From the IMG/VR virus record IMGVR_UViG_3300042946_000263, positions 2,330 through 66,329 of that record: a DNA stretch of 64,000 nucleotides. One strand, written 5' to 3'. The DNA comes from a virus. Below the pieces are notes generated by a model, which worked only from the letters and a program-made list of their open reading frames with translations, did not search any database and was not told where the DNA came from. A program made the translations under genes and the position numbers. Positions 24,582-35,123 of this stretch are shown here, piece by piece (position 1 is the stretch's first letter; every line of letters starts with the position of its first letter).

Positions 24582-25285
24582 GTAAAAAAATCGTTTAACG
24601 AAGTCAGAACTATTTCTCTGTCATGACCCAGATCGTTTTGATATAAAATCTTGTATTCCATCTTAGGGACATTCAACAGGAATTCCTGGATCTTTTCGAA
24701 CACCTTGATATTAAGGTTTTCTAAGAATTCGTTCAGTTCTTCCTTCTTATAATCTTTGGCCTCGAAAATCTGCTCTTCAAAATAGATAGAATCTATACAA
24801 CGAAGAATCAACTCAAACATATAATCTTTGTCTAAGGCCAAAAAGTCTGCATCATCATATAATGCAGCGGAAGGATATTTCATTATAACGCCAGACTTAG
24901 GCGTAATTTTAATATTGTTATCAAGGTTCTCTGGATACTTGACCTTAACATCGTCAAGATTAATTTCAAAATCGTATACTTTATTATCTTCTGAATCTTT
25001 GTATGATGCTTTAATAACATTATCAACAGAGATAGCTCTTAATCTAAGGAAAATATACTCAATATCAAACAGAGCCAGTTTGCTAATATCCAACTTGGAA
25101 TCAATAGAGCAGTTGTTTACGATTTGTTTAATAGCCGAAAGCACGTCCGCTGGGTTTTCGCTTTCTTTAGCCATCAACAATAGTTTTTCTTCTTTGACCA
25201 AAAACGGTCTAAATTGATAGTCTTTTTTCAAAGAAGGTATATTAATTTTATAAACTGGGTAATCAATCTTAGGTAACTTAGACAT
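24572..25285 (-). CDS. gp26: baseplate hub subunit
   Basis: LPKI..P.Y...PS...FRPFLVKEEK.LL.A; FD.EY.FL.LRA.SV. Confidence 0.92.
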   Translation of the reverse strand: MSKLPKIDYPVYKINIPSLKKDYQFRPFLVKEEKLLLMAKESENPADVLSAIKQIVNNCSIDSKLDISKLALFDIEYIFLRLRAISVDNVIKASYKDSEDNKVYDFEINLDDVKVKYPENLDNNIKITPKSGVIMKYPSAALYDDADFLALDKDYMFELILRCIDSIYFEEQIFEAKDYKKEELNEFLENLNIKVFEKIQEFLLNVPKMEYKILYQNDLGHDREIVLTSLNDFFTWR

Positions 25286-25301
25286 TATTTAAACTCCATA
25301 A

Positions 25302-25970
25302 TTAACTTGATATTGTTTCTCTTGTATAGCCTGTCATTACTGATCTGTTTTTATCTTCTAGATTAGATTTCTCTAAAGTCGAATTTTCTATTGTGTATTC
25401 AGTGTAAGCTATTTGTACGTTAATCTTCATGAGATTCGAATCCCCCCAAGAAAGAGGAAATTCTCTAATAGCTGTTGGAAAGGCTTCGAAAAGGTTTATT
25501 TTTTGGATGATGTTACCATAATGGTCGTATATGAATATGATTATGGTAGAAGAATAATTTTCTTTATACTCAGCCGTATAGTTTGGAGCCCAATTTCCAG
25601 CTGTTGAACCGTTAAACTGAAACACAGCTCTAGTCCATTGATACCAGTACTGCCAAAATTCACAATAATGATCGCCCAGAACGGAAATATTAATTTCTTG
25701 GAACTGAGCGCTGAATGGTTGTTTCTGTGTTGGGCCGATACCATATCTATTGATGTCTGTGGTAACAATAGATATACCAGGAGCCTTTACTTGATCTATT
25801 CTAAATTCCATATTTTCTGCTATTTTATAAACAGCAGTTGGCGTTCCTTGATTGCTGAGACTGGCTCCAGTCATAACCTTTGGAGTCTGGACCAAGACCG
25901 AGAACGAATTGTTGTCAATATACCCAAAATCTCGGATATTAGTTTGGAATTTGTTTATGTCAAATGGCAT
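25302..25970 (-). CDS. gp54: tail tube initiator / tail-tube-like protein
   Basis: gp19/gp54-like motifs (PG...YG.GP..K.P; LFEAFP...LSW) and synteny. Confidence 0.7.
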   Translation of the reverse strand: MPFDINKFQTNIRDFGYIDNNSFSVLVQTPKVMTGASLSNQGTPTAVYKIAENMEFRIDQVKAPGISIVTTDINRYGIGPTQKQPFSAQFQEINISVLGDHYCEFWQYWYQWTRAVFQFNGSTAGNWAPNYTAEYKENYSSTIIIFIYDHYGNIIQKINLFEAFPTAIREFPLSWGDSNLMKINVQIAYTEYTIENSTLEKSNLEDKNRSVMTGYTRETISS

Positions 25971-25978
25971 CTTTGTTC

Positions 25979-26542
25979 CTAATAAGGCGGCGAACCGCTA
26001 TATCTCTTGTTTGGGTTAACTTTCCATCTTTGTAGTGGTAATATAATCGCCTTACCCCAATAATATGGATACACCTCATGAAACGAACTTCTTACATGCC
26101 CATACAGATATCTCTTGACGCAACTCTCAAAACCTTTGAATTGGTTTGCATATCTACTCAATAATTCATAAGATATGTTCAATTTGGTTGTTTCATTATA
26201 TTTATTATTGTTTGTGATAGATTGTAGGGCAGACATCAATTGTGTACGTTGCATATACGGAAGATAATGCAGATTGATGCCCAGAATGCCATCGATGTAA
26301 AATTCTATAGGGAAAACTAAAGGGAAAGCGTCATAGAATGGTAGTTTATCTTTGTGCTTTGGGTCGTAGGCGAACAGATACATTCTGCCTACCTTTGGCA
26401 TAGAATCCTTGGTAAATGGCTTGGATTTGGGTTTCTTTACGTCATCGATCGTATCATAAAACCAATCAAGAGCCGCTTTCGAATCATTCGAAAGAGCTTT
26501 GCCAGCATTCCTTACAATCTTGGAAAAATCGTCTTCGGCCAT
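25979..26542 (-). CDS. gp2: DNA end protector protein
   Basis: G.MY.F.YDPKHK..LP.YD.FPLVF...GINLHYLP...CVKRYL..HV. Confidence 0.9.
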   Translation of the reverse strand: MAEDDFSKIVRNAGKALSNDSKAALDWFYDTIDDVKKPKSKPFTKDSMPKVGRMYLFAYDPKHKDKLPFYDAFPLVFPIEFYIDGILGINLHYLPYMQRTQLMSALQSITNNNKYNETTKLNISYELLSRYANQFKGFESCVKRYLYGHVRSSFHEVYPYYWGKAIILPLQRWKVNPNKRYSGSPPY

Positions 26543-26997
26543 TAGTATCCTTTTGGTATTCCTAATTCTTTTTCTGTCATAATCTTAAACTCAAAACCTC
26601 GGTCTCTGCAGTATTCTCTGGCAGCCTTCCATTTGGCCGAATTTACTCCCCAAGTCATCACTTCTTGTATATATCTTTTTGACTTCTTCTTACTTTCTTG
26701 GAGCGCTGGTGGTATTGTCTGCGCATAAGGTTTGACCTCAATGAGAACCGTTTTTGACTTACCGTCAATGGTATTTAACCTTGCAGTAAAATCCACATAA
26801 TATCTATGAATACGGTTGTCCACTGGGGATCTGTATGGTATAACAGTTTCCTCAGAGGACCACCATATTACCTGGGGGTCAGCGTCAAATCGGCTCATTA
26901 CTAACAATTCCCATCTGGAGCGGTATACAATATTAGTAGGGTCGCCTTTATATTTTTGTGGATTTCTTGGTTTGAAGAATCCTTTATAAGTAGCCAT
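26542..26997 (-). CDS. gp4: head completion nuclease
   Basis: YKG.FKP.NP.KYKGD...I.YRS.WE; WSSEE..IPY.SP.D...HRY..DF; IEVKP; start MATY at 26997. Confidence 0.95.
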   Translation of the reverse strand: MATYKGFFKPRNPQKYKGDPTNIVYRSRWELLVMSRFDADPQVIWWSSEETVIPYRSPVDNRIHRYYVDFTARLNTIDGKSKTVLIEVKPYAQTIPPALQESKKKSKRYIQEVMTWGVNSAKWKAAREYCRDRGFEFKIMTEKELGIPKGY

Positions 26998-27010
26998 CGT
27001 TGTTTTTTGT

Positions 27011-27039
27011 AATAAATAAATGAAGTAACTATATTTATA
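27011..27039. promoter_or_regulatory. opposed late promoters for gp48 and gp4
   Basis: AATAAATA (+, 27011-27018) and TATAAATA (-, 27039-27032). Confidence 0.7.
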
Positions 27040-27056
27040 CCCAAAACAGGAACTCA

Positions 27057-27791
27057 ATGGCCCGTACAATTAATTTTCCACAGCCACCTGGCAGAAACCA
27101 GAAAACTAATGATACTTTCCCCAATGACTTGGAGCAAAGTAATAGAAAATTTTTTACGAAATTGACGTTTTCTGAATACAATTACAGTTTTACTGGAGGC
27201 GCTGGAGCTATAATGCTCGGAAACAGCGTCACTTTGCCATTCCCAAGAAGATTGAATGATAGTGAAGTCATTATATGGGAAGAATGGTCAGGAACAGCTG
27301 CCATAGGTCAGGGTCTGCAGGCTGTTGGGCAATATATTCCCGGCGCTGGCCAGATCGGTCAACTAGCTTCTCAATTGGCCTCTGGGTTGGATATGGCAGG
27401 AACCTTTAGCAGCCAGTCAGTTAATCCATTCCAGTTCATGATGTTCAAAAGACCAAACTTTAAAGAACACACTTTACAGTGGTCATTGGCTCCGAACACA
27501 GAACAAGAGTCAGAAACTCTCAAAAGAATTATCAATACTTGTAAAAGAGCTGCTTTGCCTTCTGGTGGCAGAACAGACTTGATGATGAGATATCCAAATA
27601 TTTGTAATGTTTCTTTTACTCCCGATGATTATCTTTTTAAGATCAAACCTTGTGCTATAGTTTCAGTTCAAGTAGATTATACTGGTGCTGGTATGCCTTC
27701 GTTTTTTAAAACTGGCGCCCCAACTATCGTAAATTTGTCTCTTCAGCTAAAAGAAATCGAGCTGTGGAGCAAAGACAACTATCAAGAGTAA
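27057..27791 (+). CDS. gp48: baseplate tail tube cap
   Basis: VNP....F..P..K.H...W.L.P....E; YP; C.I.S.QVDY...G; G.P..V.L.L...EIE. Confidence 0.85.
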   Translation: MARTINFPQPPGRNQKTNDTFPNDLEQSNRKFFTKLTFSEYNYSFTGGAGAIMLGNSVTLPFPRRLNDSEVIIWEEWSGTAAIGQGLQAVGQYIPGAGQIGQLASQLASGLDMAGTFSSQSVNPFQFMMFKRPNFKEHTLQWSLAPNTEQESETLKRIINTCKRAALPSGGRTDLMMRYPNICNVSFTPDDYLFKIKPCAIVSVQVDYTGAGMPSFFKTGAPTIVNLSLQLKEIELWSKDNYQE

Positions 27792-27794
27792 CCA

Positions 27795-28676
27795 ATGGCT
27801 CAGAGATATTTCGACAAATTTCCTGTAATAACTTATGCCAATACAGAGGCTATAGATATTACCAGACGTGTAGCAGTTTTAGATAAAATTGCAACAGAAC
27901 CTTATTTGTTTTATCCATACGAAATTACAGATAACGAAAGAGCTGATCAGTTTTCTGCAAGATATTACGACGACCAATACAAAAGTTGGATAGTTTATGT
28001 TGTCAATAAGATTGTTGATCCATATTATGAATGGTATCTCGGCGAAAGAGAAATGCAAGAATTCATTACTTTAAAATATGGGTCTTATTATAATGCTCAG
28101 ACCAAAATAAGTCATTACACTAACAATTGGGTTGGTCAAGATGATATTGGCGTCAGCGCTTATAACGCTCTTACTGCTGGGCAGCAGAAATATTGGGAAC
28201 CCATCTTTGGTAGTTATAACAAAATTATGTCATACAAAAGAAGACAAGTAGAGTGGAAAACAAACACAAACGAAATAATGGAGTATGTTGTTAATACTAA
28301 TTCTCCTTCTTATGTAATTGACGAAATTTGTGATATTCATTTTGATCAATTTTATTATGGCAAAGGTCAGATTATGGCAGTATCAGGAAATACTGTGACT
28401 GTTAAACACACTAATGGTTATGTCAAAACCGGAGAAGATTTTGATATTGTTTCTACTAGTTATATCTATGGCAGAGAAAGCGAAGCCAATAATGTGTTTG
28501 TTTCAGAAAGAACCGTTGCAGTAAACATACCAGCAGACGAGCAAGTTTATTGGAAACCTGTGACTTTGTTAGAAGAAGAAATAGAAAAGAACGAATATAA
28601 CAAAACAATTAGAGTGTTGGACAGTAGCTTGAAACAAGTTGCTGTTGATAATCTAACTGATCTATTGAAGGAATAA
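27795..28676 (+). CDS. gp53: baseplate wedge subunit
   Basis: YF..FP.I.Y; Y.I.D.ERAD.....YY.D....W.V...N.I.DP..EW; E...NE....I. Confidence 0.88.
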   Translation: MAQRYFDKFPVITYANTEAIDITRRVAVLDKIATEPYLFYPYEITDNERADQFSARYYDDQYKSWIVYVVNKIVDPYYEWYLGEREMQEFITLKYGSYYNAQTKISHYTNNWVGQDDIGVSAYNALTAGQQKYWEPIFGSYNKIMSYKRRQVEWKTNTNEIMEYVVNTNSPSYVIDEICDIHFDQFYYGKGQIMAVSGNTVTVKHTNGYVKTGEDFDIVSTSYIYGRESEANNVFVSERTVAVNIPADEQVYWKPVTLLEEEIEKNEYNKTIRVLDSSLKQVAVDNLTDLLKE

Positions 28677-28677
28677 T

Positions 28678-29934
28678 ATGGCTGCTGGAGACATTAAAGT
28701 TTCGTCAATTAAAGTTGGCAATATGGATCTTGTAAAAACTGGGGAGGCATCAATAGTTGGTTTCAATATCTATGAAGATATATTGAACCCATACGGTCCA
28801 GTCGCAGAATTACGAGTTATAGATCCAACAGACGCTCTTAGCAAAAATAAAATTAATGGTTCTTTTGACCAGGAAGTCGAGATAAGATTCTCCGGAGACG
28901 ATAACATTCTAAGTTCTGGGGGCGGCGGTAATTTTAAATTCAAAATGTTCCAGAACAAAAACCTTAACGACCAATCAAGAAATAATGTAGGTTCTGGTCA
29001 CAACAAACAATATGACATTAGATGTGTTTCTCCTGAGTTTTTGAACGCTCAAGGTAACCACATAGAAAAAAGTTTCAACGGCAAAACAAGCGAAGTTGTA
29101 GAACATGTGCTCAAAGAAGGTTTCAAATCCAAAAGAAAAATGGATATTGGAACTACCAAAGGAAACCGTAGAATTGTTATATCAAAAATGCATCCATTAG
29201 ATGCGTTAAAGAAAATGAATACAGAACATGTTTCCGAAAAGTATCAGTCTTCAACTTTTGCTCTTTTCCAACAAGGAGACGAACAGGGCGAACACAAATA
29301 TGTCTTCAAAACCTTTGAAGAATTATTCGAAAGCCAGCCAACTGTAAAGCTAAAACAGTCAACAAATTTAAATTTTGATTCAAAAGATCAAAACGCTAGA
29401 CAAAATTCTATTATGTGGTTCAGACCTTCCAAGAATTTTGATTCTGGTCCAAGAGCTTTGGATAAAACAGAAGAATATACTGTCGATTTAACTTCTCACA
29501 AGGTTGTGGCCACAAATAGTCAAAAACAAAACAAGTTTAAATTTGCTGACAGTCAAGGAGTTTACGATCAATCTCCTTCATACGCTAAGTCATTGCCCGT
29601 TAGATATATACATGATAAAGCTAACAATAAAGACAAACATACAACATCAGAAGCCAAAACAAAAAGAGCTGCCTTTCTTGCTCACTTAGCTCAAAATTCC
29701 GCAGAATTAGAAACATATTATAATCCTAATATTAAACTTGGTTCTATGATTGAGTTGGATATTCCTAAAAAAGCGAACAGCGATACGCAAGAAGGCGAAG
29801 GTCAATTCAATGGCAAATGTTTAGTTGTGGCGATAAGAACAAAATATAGAATTTCTGCAGAACCGCCACATTGTACAATGGTTCTGAGAGTTGTAAAGGC
29901 GTCATTTAAGCGTGGCGGTGGAGGTCAAGGATAA
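28678..29934 (+). CDS. baseplate hub protein (gp27-like)
   Basis: IYEDI..P...A...V.D; C.S.E; synteny between gp53 and gp5. Confidence 0.7.
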   Translation: MAAGDIKVSSIKVGNMDLVKTGEASIVGFNIYEDILNPYGPVAELRVIDPTDALSKNKINGSFDQEVEIRFSGDDNILSSGGGGNFKFKMFQNKNLNDQSRNNVGSGHNKQYDIRCVSPEFLNAQGNHIEKSFNGKTSEVVEHVLKEGFKSKRKMDIGTTKGNRRIVISKMHPLDALKKMNTEHVSEKYQSSTFALFQQGDEQGEHKYVFKTFEELFESQPTVKLKQSTNLNFDSKDQNARQNSIMWFRPSKNFDSGPRALDKTEEYTVDLTSHKVVATNSQKQNKFKFADSQGVYDQSPSYAKSLPVRYIHDKANNKDKHTTSEAKTKRAAFLAHLAQNSAELETYYNPNIKLGSMIELDIPKKANSDTQEGEGQFNGKCLVVAIRTKYRISAEPPHCTMVLRVVKASFKRGGGGQG

Positions 29935-30338
29935 TGTTTTATATTGCTGAAGTAAGAAATTTTGAAGACGATCCAACCAAATCAGGACGTGTGAAGGTAA
30001 GAATCTATAATGAACATAACGACGAACAAGCTATTAAAGATGATGCATTGCCTTGGGCGATGGTAGTTCAACCTAGCACATCTGCTGCTACTGCTAAACT
30101 TGGTCATGCGCCGCATGGCTTGAGAGTTGGTTCTAGAGTTCTTGTTACTTTCTTGCCTCATGATCATGCTATGCAATATCCTATTGTTCTTGGTTCTTTA
30201 CCAAGAGGAGATATGCCTGAAGGCCATGAGGACAGCAATGGTGGAATTGGTAGGGATACACAAGAAGCTCAGAAAAATTCTGGTGGTTCAATAAGAGTTA
30301 AGGGTGTAGATAACCCTGCAGTTTCGAAGGACGATTAA
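29934..30338 (+). CDS. gp5 N-terminal OB-fold domain (stand-alone)
   Basis: DP...GRVKVRI...H......D.LPWA.V.QP; G..V...F......P.VLGS. Confidence 0.85.
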   Translation: MFYIAEVRNFEDDPTKSGRVKVRIYNEHNDEQAIKDDALPWAMVVQPSTSAATAKLGHAPHGLRVGSRVLVTFLPHDHAMQYPIVLGSLPRGDMPEGHEDSNGGIGRDTQEAQKNSGGSIRVKGVDNPAVSKDD

Positions 30339-30340
30339 TT

Positions 30341-31762
30341 ATGGCAAAAAAAGCATTCGATCAAGGAAAGTCTGTTTTTCATCGTAAACAACAACCCAAA
30401 ATTCTTAAAGGCGAAGTAAAATATGCTGACGCTCCAAGAGTTAAAGGTAAAGACGCTGAGAAACTCTCTGACGTTAGAGACGAACATGCTAAAAACGCTG
30501 ACAAACCAACTACAGCTTCTGGAGAGATTGGTAGTAAAGATTTACCCCAAATAATCCAAATGGTCGATGGAAGCGGACATGGTCAGGTTATGCCGCAACT
30601 TTACCAACAGATGCAACAGATAACTTCTTTGTTGGCTATAGGTTCTGGCGCTTCTATGAGTAATCCTCAACAGCCGTATAGCGGAGTTCCTTCTGGGCCA
30701 TCTGTGATTCTTAATGATTCGTTTACTGGAGCTCTCTGTATTCTAACTAAAAAACACAATTTCGAATCAGTTATTGCTTTGTTCGTTGATGTTCTTGATC
30801 AAAATGGTTTGGAAGAAATAAATTCTTTATACAGAGATATTGTGAAAAATTCTTTGGCTAATCTGATTAGGTTGGCTTTGTATTTCGGACCGCTTAGTAT
30901 ACCTGTATCAAAATATGATGACACCGTATTTGGAGATATTGTTCCTTCTCCTGTTATATTGATAGACGCTGTTCCTGACAATTATGTAAAAAGATATTAT
31001 ACCATAGATAATGACCCTTATCCTGGTTACGATCAATGGGTGTCTCCTGATGGAACAACTAAGGTTTATGTAAAGAAGGCGCCAAAATCGTATCATTTTA
31101 GCACATCAAGCGAAGAAGTATTTTCTGTTTCTGAAACAACCATAGCAAACGAAATAGACAAATACTTTGAGTTAGACACAAACAACAAACCAATTAGATT
31201 TCTTACAGCAAGCAAACTTAACGATATTCTTTATGATCAAATGGTAACAATAGAATCTAACACTATGGATTTGGGCGCTGGTAAAAATTCTAACAAGTCT
31301 AGTGGTATGGGTGGTATGCTCGGCGGGCAATTACAATCATTAATTGGTATGTTAACCACGCAAACAAGTTTACCAAATTCTGCTATTCAGGGCGGTAATA
31401 TACAGAATGTAATGCAACAATTTCAGAAAGATATGGGTTTGAATAACCAAATATTCCAGATAGGCAAACAAGCTCTAGGAGGAGGTTCTCCGTTAGGAGC
31501 TCTTGGAGGCATGGGAGGTTTAAGTAATATCATGGGAGGTTTTGGTGTTGGCGGAGGAGGATTAGGCGGAGTTCTAGGAGGAATGGGATTACCTTCTCAG
31601 TTAGGCGGTTTTGGTTCTTTTGGTGGTAATTCTGGCGGTGGTGGCGGAGCAGCTGGTTCTGGGTTTGGAAGTTATTCTGGAGGAAGTTATTCTGGCGGCG
31701 ATATTTCAACGACTGGTTTAACCAAAGTATCAAGCATGTTAACAATATTAGGAATTTCGTAA
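30341..31762 (+). CDS. hypothetical protein between the gp5 halves, Gly-rich C-terminus
   Basis: 473 aa; no lysozyme motif recognised. Confidence 0.7.
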   Translation: MAKKAFDQGKSVFHRKQQPKILKGEVKYADAPRVKGKDAEKLSDVRDEHAKNADKPTTASGEIGSKDLPQIIQMVDGSGHGQVMPQLYQQMQQITSLLAIGSGASMSNPQQPYSGVPSGPSVILNDSFTGALCILTKKHNFESVIALFVDVLDQNGLEEINSLYRDIVKNSLANLIRLALYFGPLSIPVSKYDDTVFGDIVPSPVILIDAVPDNYVKRYYTIDNDPYPGYDQWVSPDGTTKVYVKKAPKSYHFSTSSEEVFSVSETTIANEIDKYFELDTNNKPIRFLTASKLNDILYDQMVTIESNTMDLGAGKNSNKSSGMGGMLGGQLQSLIGMLTTQTSLPNSAIQGGNIQNVMQQFQKDMGLNNQIFQIGKQALGGGSPLGALGGMGGLSNIMGGFGVGGGGLGGVLGGMGLPSQLGGFGSFGGNSGGGGGAAGSGFGSYSGGSYSGGDISTTGLTKVSSMLTILGIS

Positions 31763-32574
31763 TGGTTGATGACAATAAAAAACTACCAAAAGACGGCGTT
31801 TCTGAACAAGACATTGAACCAAAATATGGATTCATTACTGGAGAATGGAGAGAGTGTGGCGGAAGTAGATGGCATTACGAGTACAAAGAAGAAAAAGATA
31901 AAACATATTCTCAGAAAACTCACCCTTCTGGCGCATACGATACAATAGAAAATAATGATAAGAAAAAAGAAATTAATACTAGCCTAAGATCCGGCGAAGT
32001 AAGGCATTATGTAGCTGGCGGAAAATCAACGCATGTTGACGGTCATCATGATATTAATGTAGAATCCACTCAAAGAACAGAAGTTGCTGGAGATATTGGG
32101 CAAGCTGGCGGTAAGAATTATTATCGTGGTACCAAAAATAAAGAAGTAAAAATATCAGGAGATACAGCCAAGATCAAAACAGGTTCAGAGGCTGTAAGTT
32201 CTAGAGGATATTCTGGTACAGTAAGAAACTCATACGACAAAGATTATTTTAATCATGTTCAAGGCGATATTGTCAGTATGGGCGAAAAGAATAAAGCCAC
32301 TGTTGTTAAAGAAGATTATGCTATCAATGCTGGTCAGAACATGGACACTTATATTAAGCAGAAAGGTAAGATCGAAACTGGTAGTACCATGTTTATTCAG
32401 ACAGGTTCTACAGCTACAATCAATTCTGCTTCTGATGTTCAAGTAAATGCAGCTTCTGAAGTAATGATTAATGCTAGTTCTAAGATAACATTAAAAGTAG
32501 GAAGCTCTAAGATAGAAATAAGTTCAGGGTCTATTACAATTACTTCGCCATCTATCGAATTTAAGCAAGGGTAA
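31762..32574 (+). CDS. gp5 C-terminal beta-helix spike domain
   Basis: HPSG motif; V.G repeats; ITLKVG.S.I.I....ITI....I (VgrG/gp5 tip); followed by PAAR. Confidence 0.8.
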   Translation: MVDDNKKLPKDGVSEQDIEPKYGFITGEWRECGGSRWHYEYKEEKDKTYSQKTHPSGAYDTIENNDKKKEINTSLRSGEVRHYVAGGKSTHVDGHHDINVESTQRTEVAGDIGQAGGKNYYRGTKNKEVKISGDTAKIKTGSEAVSSRGYSGTVRNSYDKDYFNHVQGDIVSMGEKNKATVVKEDYAINAGQNMDTYIKQKGKIETGSTMFIQTGSTATINSASDVQVNAASEVMINASSKITLKVGSSKIEISSGSITITSPSIEFKQG

Positions 32575-32579
32575 ATATA

Positions 32580-32867
32580 ATGGCAGAGGCACATGTAAAC
32601 AACCAACAAAGATCATGTGGAGCTACTACTATAGTTTCTGGGCAGTCTTTTGTTAAAATAGATGGTCAATTGTGGGCTGTCGAAAACGACCAAAATAGTC
32701 ACGGTCAAGGTGGGTTGATTGCTTCGAAAACTTATGTAAAGATTAACGGTAAATCTGTTATTGTAAAGGGTGATAGTGCGCAACAAGATAGTTTGTGTCC
32801 TTCTCTAGGAGGAGAACACTGTAATCCCAAAGCCCAAGAGGGCAAAAGTTTCGTAAAGGTAAGCTAA
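32580..32867 (+). CDS. PAAR-like spike tip protein (gp5.4-like)
   Basis: CGA...GQS.V.I.G...AV..D..SHG...V.ING..V...GD...D..C....HC.P. Confidence 0.85.
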   Translation: MAEAHVNNQQRSCGATTIVSGQSFVKIDGQLWAVENDQNSHGQGGLIASKTYVKINGKSVIVKGDSAQQDSLCPSLGGEHCNPKAQEGKSFVKVS

Positions 32868-33301
32868 TGGCAACCAAACCAACAAGAGCAGATACTTTCA
32901 CTGGAGCAAAAAGACAAGTTGATTTTTTCTCCGATTTTATGACAAGTTTTGCTAAAACTCCATTGGGAGGTCAATTAGCTAAAGTTTCTAATGAAGATTC
33001 TGTTACACAATCTTTAAAAAATCTTATGAGAACCAATTTAGGAGAAAGATTATTTCAACCTACTGTTGGTTCAGACGTTTCGGCTGCACTGTTTGAACTT
33101 AATACGACAGATGCTCTTGGGACTATAAAAATGTATATAGAGAATACAATAGAAAACAACGAGCCAAGAGTAAACCTTCTACAGACCTTAGTAACTTCTG
33201 TACCCAGCGACGAAAATTCTATTGAAATAACATTGATTTATAATCTAATAAATAATCCAGAAGAATTTACTCTTACGATGCTACTAAAAAGAGTTCGATA
33301 A
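32867..33301 (+). CDS. gp25: baseplate wedge subunit
   Basis: NE.SV.QSLKNL..T..GER.F.P..GS....LFE; I.N.EPRV. Confidence 0.92.
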   Translation: MATKPTRADTFTGAKRQVDFFSDFMTSFAKTPLGGQLAKVSNEDSVTQSLKNLMRTNLGERLFQPTVGSDVSAALFELNTTDALGTIKMYIENTIENNEPRVNLLQTLVTSVPSDENSIEITLIYNLINNPEEFTLTMLLKRVR

Positions 33302-35122
33302 ATGGCAAACAGTTCAATAAATCTCGCTTCCTTAGACTTTGATACTCTCAAGCAGAATTTCAAAGATTATCTAAAAGCCCAGTCAACCTTCAAAGATTAT
33401 AACTTTGATGGTTCAAACATGAGCGTTCTTTTGGACGTTATGGCTTATAATTCTTATTTGAATTCTTTCTACCTTAACATGGTAGCTTCAGAGATGTTTT
33501 TGGATTCAGCCCAAAAAATTGATTCTGTTATTTCTCACGCTAAAGAGCTGAATTATATTCCAAGAAGCTCTCATGCTGCAGCAGCAAATGTAAGTTTTAC
33601 TGTTGACACATCCGGATTTACTACCAATAAACTTACTATCCCAAAAGGAACTAGGTTTTCTGGATATAATTCTAATGGAACATATACTTTCGTAACAGAT
33701 CAGTCTCTTACGTTCACATCAAGTAATAGTACGTTTTCTGTAGAAAACATACAAATAAGCGAAGGCGACTATTTCAATGATAGCTTTGTTGTAGATTATG
33801 ACATAGAAGATCAAAGATTTATATTGTCAAATCAGAACATCGACATCAATACTATAACAGTCAATGTTGTTGAAAATTCTGGCTTATCTAACACTCAATT
33901 TGTTTTTGCTGCTTCCCTATTTGGTCTAAAGGGAGGATCTGAGGTGTATTTCGTGCAGGCTGTAGAAGGCGGTAGATATGAGATATTGTTCGGCGATGGA
34001 TTGTTTGGCAGAAAGCCTCTTAATGGGGCGTCAGTTCAAGTAAATTATATTGTCACTGATGGTTCTGATGGTAATGGTGTTGATAATTTTACTCTAACAG
34101 ATAATATTGGGCCATCTAACGGAGGAACTGCAACAGCTTCTGCTATCACAGTTATAACTCCTTCTGTGTATGGCGCCAATCAAGAAAACATAGAAAACAT
34201 AAGATTCAATGCTCCTAGATATTATGCTACACAACAGAGAGCTGTTTCAGTAGACGATTATGCTTCTCTTGTGTATGCTAAATTTGGCGGCGCTGTTGAC
34301 GACGTTATTGTGTATGGTGGTCAAGACTTAGAACCAAAACTTTATGGTAGAGTAGTCGTTTCCATCAAACCAACAGCTTCTACAATAGCTTCTTCTTTGT
34401 TGAAGAACAGTATTGTTAATTACCTTCAAGATTATATTGCTTTGCCTAACAGAGTTATTGTTACTGATCCTGAGTATTTCTATATTAAGATTAATTCAAT
34501 CGTTCAATATAATTCTAAACTTACTACAAAATATGCTTCAGAAGTAAGAAGTATTATTCTTAATGATATTTTAGAGTTTAGTTCTGCTCATCTAGAAAAG
34601 TTTGGTAACGATTTTAGATATAGTAGATTCGTCACTCATATCGATGACGCAGACACAAGTATTACCAGTAACGACACTCATGTAAAGATTGTTAAAAGAA
34701 TAAATCCCAAACTAAATTATGCCACTTCTTACAGTATAGCATTTAATAATCCTGCTGAATTAGAAGGCGTGTATGGAGGAGTTGCGTATCCAGACGAAAG
34801 AGTTTTCAACAGCTCTTCGTTTTCTTACATTGACGAAAAGGATAATATAATTCCTAACTGTTATATGGAAGATGACGCTCTTGGTAGTATTCTTGTTTAT
34901 ACTTATGTTAGAGGCGTAAAAACTACTGTCAATCCAAATATTGGAGTTATAGATTACGAATCTGGAATTGTTTCCCTAAGTAATCTAAAATCTTCTTACT
35001 ATGGCAACTATCTGCTTCTGGAACTAAAGACAAGAAATAAAGATATTATTGCGACAAAGAACATGGTTCTGGTTATAGAACCTGAAGACGTAACAATCGA
35101 CGTAATAGAAACAATTAGATAA
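33302..35122 (+). CDS. gp6: baseplate wedge subunit
   Basis: LDFD.LK..FK.YL..Q..F.DY.F.GS..S.LLD..AYN; E.FLDSA; Q.RAV...DY. Confidence 0.95.
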   Translation: MANSSINLASLDFDTLKQNFKDYLKAQSTFKDYNFDGSNMSVLLDVMAYNSYLNSFYLNMVASEMFLDSAQKIDSVISHAKELNYIPRSSHAAAANVSFTVDTSGFTTNKLTIPKGTRFSGYNSNGTYTFVTDQSLTFTSSNSTFSVENIQISEGDYFNDSFVVDYDIEDQRFILSNQNIDINTITVNVVENSGLSNTQFVFAASLFGLKGGSEVYFVQAVEGGRYEILFGDGLFGRKPLNGASVQVNYIVTDGSDGNGVDNFTLTDNIGPSNGGTATASAITVITPSVYGANQENIENIRFNAPRYYATQQRAVSVDDYASLVYAKFGGAVDDVIVYGGQDLEPKLYGRVVVSIKPTASTIASSLLKNSIVNYLQDYIALPNRVIVTDPEYFYIKINSIVQYNSKLTTKYASEVRSIILNDILEFSSAHLEKFGNDFRYSRFVTHIDDADTSITSNDTHVKIVKRINPKLNYATSYSIAFNNPAELEGVYGGVAYPDERVFNSSSFSYIDEKDNIIPNCYMEDDALGSILVYTYVRGVKTTVNPNIGVIDYESGIVSLSNLKSSYYGNYLLLELKTRNKDIIATKNMVLVIEPEDVTIDVIETIR

Positions 35123-35123
35123 A

